This document shows, piece after piece, positions 50,022 to 62,000 of a stretch of DNA of 64,000 nt (within the stretch, counting starts at the first letter, position 1; each line of letters begins with the position of its first letter). A program made the position numbers and the translations under genes. A model generated the notes under the pieces. The model saw only the letters and a program-made list of their open reading frames with translations. It was not told the DNA's origin and did not search any database. The stretch is taken from assembly GCA_964106915.2 (NCBI GenBank), contig OZ066929.1; one strand, 5' to 3'. This DNA comes from Podarcis gaigeae (Eukaryota).

Positions 50022-53000
50022 CTGCCAAGGAAGGACACAGGGTTAGTGGGCAGCTCCTGCATCAGCACAAAGGCTGCCTTGGCCTGACCCTTGCCTGCCA
50101 CTCCTCCCTGTTTCTACTGTCCAAGTGGTCAGAGACTAACACTCCCTGAAAAAGTCACCATCAAGGCGCAAGAGGCACAGAAAGGAACCCTCTCCTCTCC
50201 CGTCCCCCACCACTAGGCCATGAGCCTAACTCTTCTTTTGAAAAAGCCAAGAATCTCCATGCACCTGTGAAAAAACACTGCACAGAATGCTGGTTACTTG
50301 TAGCCTCCTGGCAGGGGGAAGCAGGAAAGGGTTGGCACAGCTGAGGAAATTTTGGGGAGGTGGGTGTGGATTACAAAGGAACTCCCCTCGGATCACCAGT
50401 TATTCTGTTTCACATGATACCCACTCAGTGATCATTTAATTGTTTCTACCCAATTTGCGCAGGTGATATCTTTCAGTGTTTCAGTACACACCCAGTGTGG
50501 AGTGTGGAAAAAGTGAATTCCATTTTGGGGATCATTAGGAAAGGAACTGAAAATACAATTGGCCGTATCACAAGGCCACTGTACAAGCTGAGGGTTGCAA
50601 CTGGACTTTTAATATTGTGGACCATTCTGGTTGACTCGCCTTAGTTTGGTTGCTGGTTTTTGGACCTTTACCTGCCTTACCTGCCTGTAGGGCATGTAAA
50701 GGTTCAAAACCCAGCAACCAAACTGGTAAAGGAGATGTAGCAATTCCCCTATGAAGAAAGGCTCCAGCGTTTGGAGCTTTTTGGTTTAGAAAGGCTGGAG
50801 ACCAGGCAGAGATATATCAAATTATGTGCAGTGTGAAGAGTTTTTCTCCCACTCATGCAATATTGGAGCTCAGTGGGACCATCCAACAGAGCTGAATGCT
50901 TGGAGATTTGGACAGACAAAAGAAAAGACTTCACACAGCACATTGTTTAAGCAGCGCTACTTATCACTGTCACAAGACACAGCAATAGCCACCAACTTGG
51001 GCAGCTTTAAGAAAGTACTAGGCAGGTTTGTGGAGGAAGGCTGCCAATTGTTCCCAGCCACAAGGGCTAGGTACTAACCCCAGTGTTGGACACACTGTGT
51101 CACTAACCCAGAAGGTGCCATGTCACTGTGCGTCAGTCAACGCCACCCTCCTGAATGGAAGGCAGGAGGGCCCTTCCAGAATGACTCCAAGTGAAACAGC
51201 CAGAACACAGATTCAAGGGGGCAGAGCAGGAGCCTGGCAGGATGTGGGGTAGGTTCTGTGTGGGGCTCAGCAAGGGGCCTTTCCCTCCTGGGACCTCACC
51301 TGAAAGGCCAGCTGAAGCGATACTTGACAAGCTTGTTGAGGATTTCTTCGCACTTCTGCAGCTCCAGGTTCTGCCGGCGAGATATCTTCTTTGTTGGGTA
51401 CATCTGGGAGAAGACAGGAGGAGGTGAGAGAGCTCCCCTGAGGCTGCCCAGAATAAACCTCCTCCCTCCGCATCTAGCCCAGCACACACCCCTGGAAGCC
51501 AAGGAGGCCAGCACATGCTGCAGGGCACACGCCAAGCGGCCCCGACTGGGAAGAGCAGGTGCGCCTGTGGGGAGGAGCAGCTCAGCGAAGCCTCCCAAGG
51601 GAGAGCAGGTGGGCAGGGACAGCCAAGATCATGGTACAAAGCGACACTCAGGACTTCCAAGGCCCACCAGCAATAAAGCCCCAAACAAACGGGGCGGCTG
51701 CCAGAGCTTTGATGGGGCAGCCAAGGAACGTGCCCCCCACCTCTACAAGCCGCCAGCTTGGATTTCAGGAGCCCTGCCCAGAGGAGAGCCAGCCGGATCG
51801 CTTTCCAGGCAGCCCCACTCCTCCCCAGGGGGCGGCAGGCGTCTTCAAAGAGCTTCAAAAGCAGCCAAAGGGATCAGTGAAGAGGGAAACCGTGACCCGC
51901 CCAGCAGCACACAGCCTACAGCAGGAGACGCAGCAGGCTGTGGAAGGAACCTGGTGGCCAGATTTGGGATGCCAAAGAGCAGCTGAGTGCCCTGCTGCGC
52001 TGGAGCGAGGCGAGCAAGGTCCAAGGTCAGCCCTCCACACACAACAAGGGACTGGAGGGGCAGCAGGGCCAGTGCAGGGCTAGCCAAAGGGAAGACGAAG
52101 CAGCTGGCAGTGAAAGGAAAGCCTGGCCCTTGGACAACCAGTGGATGAACTGTCCTAGGTGGAGAGTGTTGCTCCTTCAAGATTTGAGGATGGGAGGAGG
52201 CCAAAAGAGCAGCACGACCCATGTGAGCCCATAAACTGCACTCTGCAACACGCTCCCTAGAAGTGGCCACTAACGGATACAGGGACAATCCACAAAGGCA
52301 GGCAGGCAGGCAGTAGCAGCCACTCCAGACACTACAAAGGGGGGTGGGAGGGAGAGAATGAAGGCCTACAATCTTCTTTGAAACATCAAGCGAATGCAAG
52401 CTGGCTGAATTATGCTCAGGGATAGGCAACCTGGGCAACAAATGTCCTCCTCAGGGAGACATCGGAAGGGACGCAAGTGCTTTGCATTGCAGGAATGCCA
52501 ACAACCCACCATGCTCCCCCCCCCGCCTCTTGCCAGAGACATACGGCTGCTCCTGCAGCGCTGGTGGCTATTTCAGAGCCTTTAACAAGCTTCCTGCTCA
52601 TCAGGAGAAGGGAGAGATGCACACACACAGCCTCCCTGGAGGGATGCCTGGCATATTTGCACCGCCCGGCCCGAGTCTGCCAAGCCAGAGACCTCTCTGG
52701 ACAATACTGAGGGAGGAGCCTCTTGGCAAGGGGAGATGCATGGAGGCACCTGTCACCTGGGGGTGGGGCGGGGGGGGGGGTTGTGGCTCTTACCAGCTCA
52801 TCCATGTCTGCTTCGCTGACAGGAGCCGGCCGCTGCCGGGAACTTCGAGTGCCGTGCAGGGCCCTTTTCTTCCCTTGGTGCCGGCTCCGCCTCGGAGGGT
52901 CTGCCGCTGGGCCTCCTTGCTTCCCCTTGGCTGCTTTCCTGGGCCTCACTGTAAGACAAAGAGGGCAGTCAAGGAGTTAGTCGTTGGGGGATGGGAGCCC

Positions 53001-56000
53001 AAGTGGCAGTAAGGAAACGGTGTCGCATCCCCCACCCGCACATTACTCATGATGGACTCCAAACTCCTCCTCGCTAACCCATCTGCAGCTCTTCCTTGAT
53101 TTCCCACTTATGTGAGGGGATCCCCCATTCTGCCCCTGCCACCATTCTGCGCGGAAAACAGCACATTTGCCAGCACGAGCGTGCAATTGGGGAATTGCCT
53201 CTTTACGGTCTGCTGCTTTAGAACAAGACTAAACTTCTTGCTCTTTGCCTTCCTTCCTTCCCAGGGTCTTGCCCTGAAGGCACACAAGACAGCCACCTTG
53301 CTATGGTCTTAAAGGCAGCTGACAGAGTAGAGAGTGCAAAGCCCCAACACCAGCTTCTCCCAGCAAGTCAAGTACCAGTTTTAGATGTCCCGAGAGAAAC
53401 ATGACAGGTTGCCTAAGCACCATCCCAGGCACCAGCAAGTGGCTGTCCTGGTGAGCTAAGGCACCTCCTAACCCACCAGGGCAGGCAGCTTGTGTAGGCG
53501 CTGGGTGTGCATTGATTCCTGCCAGCAGGAACAAGGAGACCCCACTGCAACGGAAGGAGCGCTGGCCTTCCTTGGGAGCCAAACAGCCACCAGACAGGCT
53601 GCCACAGGGCACCTGGCTCCTGAGCTGGCTCTCCCTTGGGTCGAGAGCATAGTCAGAGCTACATGCCCGGCAGTCCAACATTCCTCAGGAGAGCCTTCAG
53701 GATCAACACCGCGCCCAGGATTAAGCGGAACGCCGCCGAAAGGGGAGATTTCTCCACAGTGACCTTCCCCTGATTAAACGCCTCGTCAAGCTGGGGCCGG
53801 GGCTTAAGGCTTTATTTTTAGTGACAGCGACCCGCTTGGGCCTAGGCAGGAAGGAGCCTGGACAAGTTCCGCCAGCAGGCACACTTACAATGCACGAGGC
53901 CACCTCAGCAAAACCTCACCCCGTAGCAGCCTGCTCAGCGGGCAGCTTCCCCCATGTGATTCAGATTGCACAAAGGACATAGATAATGTAGCGCCATTGA
54001 CTTAAACGGGTCCACTCTGAGGAAAGTTTAATTTGGCTACAGCCCTAAGTGGATTTGATGAGAAGGGAGGGGGGGGGGAGAGACTAAGAGAGAACTGACC
54101 CAACAAAAAGGACTTTCATGCCTCTGGGTTACCAGGTGTCATGGAAATTTCCTAAGAGAGAGAGACCAGATGGCCAGTTGATTATAATAACCATTACATT
54201 AACATGGTTACCTGAACCCATCCAAGACTTGTGGCCAGTTTACACATGCAACAGAATCAAGGGGCAAGGAGTTCCCCAGACAACATGTAGTTGTGAGGGG
54301 AACTGCACGTTTCAATAGTCTTCTGTGGGAAGAGACTCGCTGGACCTACAAAGCCAGCAAAAGAGAAGAGCTCTCTGCTCAGCCCTCTCCCAGGCCCAAG
54401 GCTTTCCCACACACCTCACCTCTCTAATCAAGAGGGAACATTCACACACATCACCTACCCCCACCCCAGCTCCACTAACTGAATGAATAAACTGGCTTCT
54501 AGCAAAGTAATGGGCAGGGTGTGTGTTAGGAGCTGAATCGTCAGCTACAAGGTATTAAGGGAGAAGTGCAACACATTTACCGTTGCTGAAGCTCTGAAGT
54601 CCAACACATTCTCCAGGAGAGCTGTTTGCTCAGAGCCCCTGACGTACACAATCATTTGGTTCTGCCTAAGTCAGCTTTCTGACATCTATGCTAATAGCCA
54701 AGCCTTGGTATAGATGGAAATATGGCAACTTCGGACAACACAGCAAGGGGAAACTGCCTGGGGCAGTCCTCTTGCTGCAACACCTCTGCGGCAATCCAGG
54801 GCATGTGAAATCATCCGCTGCTGGCATTTCAGAAGCCTGCGTGAGCCTGTCATAGCATTTCTGCTCCAGTCAAAGGGCAGGCCTGCACGTCAGTGACATC
54901 TCAATTGCTTCTGTACAGTATTACACAGTCCGGAAAATCCCCAAGCCCAAGAATGTTGGGATGCAGGTTGCAGCCCTCAAACATTTCCACCACCAAAGGC
55001 TGCTCCGATTAAAAACATAATGGCACTTTTTAGCATTGCCGATCGCTTCCACCTGCTTCCAGAAATTTCAGCCTTGCTTCCCTAGCCACTGACTGCACAC
55101 AGTTTGAATTCAGACCCCTGTCTCTACCTCCACCTCACCGCGCCAAGTGAAGCATTCCTGTGTGAGACAGGAAAGAGGGCCCTGCAATTTCAGGAATGGG
55201 ATAAAGTGGGAAACCCAGGACAGACCTCCTTCCAGAGCATGGCAAAGTCCAGTTTGGCTACTAGTCCTGCCTCAAGCAATCCAATGATTAGCCAGAAAAC
55301 ACCCCCTCATCAATAAGGCTGTTGATGGCTTGGTGGCATTGGCAGGCAGCTCCTTAGCCCAGAATTGCCCACCGGTCATTCCAGATTTAGGAAGAGGACA
55401 TTTTTACCCTTCTGTGGCAACACAGGATCCCTTCACTCTCCACCGGCTGAAGGTTTGCCCATTTGTGGGGGAGAGAAAAAGTACGTACGTTTCAATCCAG
55501 CCACCTCATAGTCTTCCTCCTCTTCCTCTTCCCCTTCATCGTCGTCTTCTTCATCGGTTTCCTCCTCCCCAGCATCACTCTCCTCTTCCACAGAGTCTTC
55601 AGCATAGTTTCTACAGGGAAGGTTCAACAGACCAGAATCAGGAGTTTGCTTCCTCAAAGGCTGTGGTAGACCAGAGGCCTCAGCAGCCCTGTCCTGCAGT
55701 GGGCCACCTTGTTTTCCCTTGCTATGCCATGTCAGCTTGAGGTGGGTTTTACTTGCCAGCAGCCCAAGCCAAAAGCAGCCTCGGAATCCAATGCTCCGAA
55801 CTGAAGAACACGCACATGTCTTTTGGAATTGCATTCAGCCTTCCCACCTGGGGCTGGTAGGAAAAAGGCCTGGTCTGGGTAGATGTGGCCAGCCCATTTG
55901 TCCCAATTTCCAGGGATGCTTTACCATGACCTTAAGAGAGGAGCAAAGCCCACACTGAGGCCAGCTGCCCCTTCCTAACCAGCAGAAGAAACCTCACCTG

Positions 56001-59000
56001 CCCCGGGAGCTGCGCCTGGCAACAGAAGGCTGGCAAGCCGGGCACTGCCACTCGCCTTCGGGGATCTCGTAGAGGGCCGGCCTCAGGCAGAAGAGATGGA
56101 AGGCCTTGTTGCACTCGTCACATAAAATGAGCTTGTCATCTTCACCTAACAGGGAGTAGAAAGACAGAAGGATCAAGGGAGGGAAATGAAGCTCAGGTAG
56201 GAGACCAGTCAGAGTAGGCCCACTGAAATTCCTGGGCTCACACCCATGAAGGGCAAGCATTGGCCCTGAGGGGATGACAGGATCCAAATGCTTGCTCTGA
56301 AAGGACCCAGAAAGGGACTGTTGTTGCAAGGGTCTCACTGCCCCACCCATTTGGGAGCGGAGGGGATATCAAAAGCCAGCATGATGCCGTGGCTACAATA
56401 GCCTTTTTGGGAGGAAGCACTGACCACATCTCTCCTACTCTCTCTGGGAGGGCAACTGTCCATTGCAACCCCAGCATGATTCCCTCTACCCCACGCCCTG
56501 GAGGCCCCCAGGCCTGGCACACGCACCTTTCTTGCGGCAGACTTTGCACCTGGCATTCTCGGCCGACATGTCCCACTTGATGCAGGCGTCCAGCATGCCC
56601 AGCAGCACGTGCATGCGCGAGAAGGTCTGCGCTTCACGGATGGCCAGCTTCCACTTCTCCAGGGCGGAAGCCACCTGGGGGCAGAGGAGGCAGTCAAGAG
56701 GCATTCTCGGCCCTTCCCTGGGGCTCTTGGCAGCTGCCATTCAGGCGACAGCACACATTCCTCTCCTCCACCCCCACCCGCTGCCCAACCGCCAGCTCAG
56801 AGGCCCAAAGGCTTGCTCAACATATCCCACACAGCCAGCCTGAAACTGGGGGCTGCATTCTTGACTTTGAAATCCAAACCAAATCCTTGTCCATCAGGGA
56901 AAAACAAACAGCCGAGAACTTTAGCTGTTAATTGCAGGGACAGCTGGAGAGGCAAAGTTCAGGGCCTAGAGCCCGAGAAGAGCCTGGCCTGCCCTCTAGT
57001 GGCACCTCTGAGTAATGGTGCCCTGGACAAGCCCAGAGGTGATGCCTAGGGGCCAGCAGCCCCCAGCCCCAAGGAAGAAGTCCTCATGTCTGGAATGTCT
57101 TCAGGGGTCAGAACTATGCAGGCACGTCAGGTTCTAGCCCAAGCTCCACTCAGCCAGGACACCTACCCTTTGTGACAGAAGCTATCAAGAGCCAGATAAA
57201 CTGGGGGGGGGGGTGCTTGTCCACAACCACTGTGCCCACCCCCAGCCCTATTTTCCTGCACCAGCAGTGGGAAAGCTCACAGCATCAGTTTCCTTACTCC
57301 TAGTCAGGGCAGTTGAGCTTCAAGGGGAATGGCTGAGCTCTGCTGCTAACAGCAGTTCAGGAGCCAAGCAAAACCTGGATTTCTGCAGAGTTGCACATTC
57401 CCCTCCCACTGAATCAGAGGAAGTGCAGTGTGAATGGGACACCTAAAAAAACAGCGGCTCGCTTGCCCCAGTCTAGAATTCCCTCCTCATGGCTCCCAGG
57501 TTCAGTACCTGGAGCAAGAGGCAGCAGCCAAGGCGGTGGGGAAGGCTGGGAGCCTGATCAGCCTGTCTGTTTTCTCCCCGGAATGTGCCCGGGGCCTTCT
57601 CAGACACATCAGCTTTCCAAGAAGCTCCTCCCAGAGTTCGGCTGCTAAGATGATGGGCCAAGATAAATCTGCAGCAGATCCAGGCACTGGAGAAAGCATT
57701 AAGCTTCCAGTGTGGCTTCCCAGGCACTATAAAACCGGGGTGGGGGAGGGAGGACTTCTCCCTCAGGTGACTCACTGCCCCAATCAAAGGCATCTGCTCC
57801 CAGTTGGTAATACAAAAGGGAAGAAAAAGGCAGAGAAATGCCCACTGCTGAAGGGCCAAAGGGCACACGGGAGGCCCAGAGGAGCCTTCCCCAGTAGCAC
57901 TAACTGCCCTTGCCTGTCTTGTCGAAAGAAAACCTTTTGCAATGCCCAGCAATCTACCTTGGGCAGAAGACAGTAAGCACCAAACAAAACACAAAGAGTT
58001 GCAAGGCACACCAACACTGGGATCTGTCAGCCATAAAGGTGGGGCAATTTATGGCCAAGGAGACAGAAGTGTCTGTCTCGAAATGAGGCCAATTCAAGGC
58101 CATCCATCACCTGCTGTCCAGGAACCAGGATAGGGAAGAGGACAGCCTTGGGGCCATGTGGCCACCCAAGAGCCTGGTGGGCTGCAGTTTGCCCTTCTGA
58201 TCCGTTGGCCTGGCCTCTGTCCACACAGTGTTTCCACTGGTCATCTAAATACTGTCCGTTACCACCAATGGCCCAATAGGGAGGATGAGAAACAGATAGA
58301 AGGCGGGGCAGGCAGCTCACAGGAGCCACAGAGCCACAGGAAAACAGCTGCTGGCAATGCAGAGACTTTTGGGAGAGTGAAAACAGCACAGGGGATGTGA
58401 AAGACAAGCTGGAAAAGGTCTTTCATCCCCCATTCTGATATCTGAAATTGGTGAGTGATCCTCATGGAAAGTCTCTCCATTCAGAACAGAGAATTATCCC
58501 CTTTGCAGCCCAACACTCACCAAGCCTACCTGGAAGCAAGTCCCACCCCCAATTTAATTCAAGGTAAGATGTTCAGGAATTGGAGTCAGTTTTGTTCTTC
58601 CAGAAGGCTCAACTGGCAGCAGCTGCTTCTTCCTCTTTGTTTGGTTTGACAGGGGAGAAAGCATCTTCCCTGCCATAATTCTGGCAAGGAAGCAAAGGCC
58701 TTTGCCCTCATCCCTTCACCCCTATTCCCATTCATGTCTGTAACCTGCAGGAGCAGCGACACTTTCGCGCCAGCTGCCCAAGCTTCTCTGCCCATCCTCC
58801 CGTCCTCCCTCCCTCCGACTGTATCTGTCCTCATCCAGACCTTGGCTTCTTCCGCCACCCTCTTCTCTTCATCCACCTCCTCTGCCTTGGCAATAGCATC
58901 TTCCCCGCCTTGATGTTTTCTCTTCTTCTGCTTGGGGGCCATGAAGCCTTGCAGGAACTTCTTAATAACGCTGGCCTGGAGGGCAACCACGCACTCCCCG

Positions 59001-62000
59001 AAATCCTTCAGGCTCTCCAGTGTGCAAACCTGATCAAAAAGGCACAAACACATTATGATTTCCTTCTCATGTGCAGAGGGGCTTTGCAGCTCTCATTTAT
59101 CCAAGCAACTAAGAGGCGAGCTCCCCAGATGGGTTAACTGGCAAGAACGTGGCTACAGCCTCTCTGTGCTGGAAGAGCAGGGACCTCAGAAGTCTCGCCT
59201 GGCCTGGAGACATTTCCCCAGCCAACCTAGCCAGTGGCACACTGCACTGTTTTGTCTGAGCCCCCTAGTGTATCAGTAAGCAGCTCCTGAGGTTCATCAG
59301 GGCTTCAACTCTGCTACAAACTCAAAAGTCTGCCTACCCCGTGGTCAGCAACAATTAATGTGCATCTGTTTCTGGGACCAGGAATATTCCCCAGCTCCTA
59401 GAAGGCGGATCCTTCACCACTGCCCCAATTCAAAGCAAGTCTCCCAATGTTGTCTGCTTTAGATACCACCAGTGAAAGAAGACACATTTAATAGTAGGAG
59501 CTTCTGGACTTCAAAGCAAAGAGCTAGCCCAGGGCTATATGGCCCACCCAGAGGGATGCCTGGAAGCCAAGGCCCAGAGCCAGCAAGACTACACTTGACA
59601 GCTGCTTCCAAGCTCAGAAGCCCTGCCTGGGTGATTGATTACTGTTAAGCCACCCACCTCTTGCAATGCTAGTGCTCACCTTGGCTTCAAACTCTGCCTC
59701 GTTGATGTATCCCAGGCCTCCCTTCTGCAGCCGGGTGGCCACTTCGATGAGGTCACTGCGCAGGAAGTTCAACAGTTCCTGGTTGCCATCACAAGACTTC
59801 AGACCTGGGTTCTGCTTCCGAGCCAAGTGAATGGAATGAGTGATGTCCTGATATCTGGGAGGAGACAATATATGGTCATTATGTATAGCTGACTCTCTCA
59901 TGATGTAGGGCCTTTGGAGATGCTCTGTTACCTTCCAAGTTCTACAGAAGAGTTATCTAGCCTAAGCAAGGGTCCTCAGACATAGACGATGCTCAGTTTA
60001 CCTTATGAGGGCTGCAGAACTATCCAGCTCTATAACCTGAAGGTTTGTATTTTGACACACACTCCAAGCATGAGGATGTTTACTTGCCATTCTGAATCAG
60101 CAGTGTGAGCTCATTGGGCCAAACCACTGGTTTACACTGATGCTCAGAAATTTAGGGGTTGATTTAATGCTGGTGCCTAAAAGAATTTTTAAATACTTCC
60201 ACAGTCTTGTCCAGAAGTATACAATGGCCCATAAAGGATCCCTCATGTAGTGCTGCAATTGCATTGTTATGTACAATGTCTGTTAAAAGCACTAAGGCGC
60301 CTAAAAGTCTACACTTGCAGCAACACCAGCAAACCCACTCAGTAATTTTATCCATCCACAAACATTTGTCCAAGATGTGAAAGATTTGTGATCTTGTAAA
60401 TCCCACACCCCAAGAAAAGGATTGTTGCGTAAGGAGAAAAGCCGCAAAAAAGAACACAGAGGTGACCTGATGGCTTCAAAAAACAACACCCCACTCCTCC
60501 ACACTGCTCTTCCCAGCCCGAAACGATCCTGGCATCAAATGCCAACTTCTTCTCCCTCCCTTGCCTGACCAGCATCCAGGGACACTCCTCCACAATACTC
60601 AAAAAACAGCCCGTGAGGCCTCACCTCTTCTGCAGTCGCTCCTTCAGCTGGCTCTCTCTTATCCCCTGCGAGTGCAAGGCGGCCAGCAACTCATCCAGCT
60701 CCTTCTGGCTGTCACAGAGAAACCTGGAGGAGACCAGACACCTTACTCAATGCCACTCTCAGCAGCAGGAAAATAAAACTCACCCCAAGAGACAGGTGGG
60801 CACCCATAACCCAGTCTCTCACCAGCCCACGCCACTTACAAAGTCTTCAAATCGTTTAAACATGTTTCAATCAGAGAAGACTATATTCAACTCTCACACC
60901 AAGCTGCCGTAAATTTAAATTTTCTGGATTGCCATTTTTCCTGAAGCAAAAGAGGGATTAAATGCTGAACCATAAGCTAGGGAATGTGACCATGACTCAT
61001 TGCACAAACAGGACTTCTATTACTGCCCCCTGCTGGTCAAGAGGCACATCAGCATGGGATGTCAAACCCGAACAGCTCAGCTGGAGAGAGGGGCCCAGCC
61101 GTCAATCTGACACCCCCCCCCAGGGGTGGGGCTGTGAGTCCTACATTTTACACAGCTCTCAAGCCACTTTTAAACAATAGTTTAATTAACAGATCTTGTA
61201 CCCTGCAGTACTGAGTACTTTGTACAGAGCAGATTCCAGAAGCCTTTCTGCCAATTAGCCCAAGGCTCAGCTGCGTAGCTGAGAAGCTTCAAGCATACAG
61301 CAGTTAACCGATCAAAGCAAATGTAACACATAGTGGAACCTTTTCACCAAATGGGGGTGGTGTCAAATGCAATGGGATGCAGCAGGCCTATTGGCAAAGT
61401 GCAGGTTGCACTTCTGCAAGCCAGGAGGGCTGCTGCCTGGCTCTCCTTTGAAGATGCCATGTGCAAGGGAGCCATCCTAATCTGAAGAGCACTGAGAAAC
61501 TCTCTCACCTCCCAGCTGTTGCCTGCTCCCCCCCACCTCTAAATCCCCAATTTTACAGGTGGGCAAGAACCCACACATCTCTATTGCCAAGAGCAAGTCT
61601 CACCACAGGTTCTGTCCCTGCTTGGGCGCCGTGGTCTCCACAGGGATTTCCGGGATGAGTAGGGCGCCCTGCGGAGTGTTCAAGACGCTGCCCTCCACCA
61701 GGCTCTCCTGGGTGTCTGCAAGCAACACACACACACACAGTGAACAAGGAGCCCCACTGTCATCGTCATCATTTGCCCACAGCTTCCAATGAGCACTCCA
61801 GGGGCAAGGCAAGTCTTCTGAGCGCTCGGGCCCCTAAATAAGAGAAGCCTTCTACAGAACGCTGCTCTGTGGGCTCTTACTTTAAAATAACATGCCAGTT
61901 GCTCCTGGATGGTTGCTTAGTGCACAACTTCATTACATGGCTTCAAGCAACCTGTCCAGCACAAGAAAACGAATAGCTGGCTGACAGGGCTTGGCCTCCA

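Noticed and set aside
51133-52441. Several 170-240-aa ORFs in GC-rich BAZ1B introns
   Set aside because: Chance open frames in GC-rich intron; only 51300-51403 is a supported exon.
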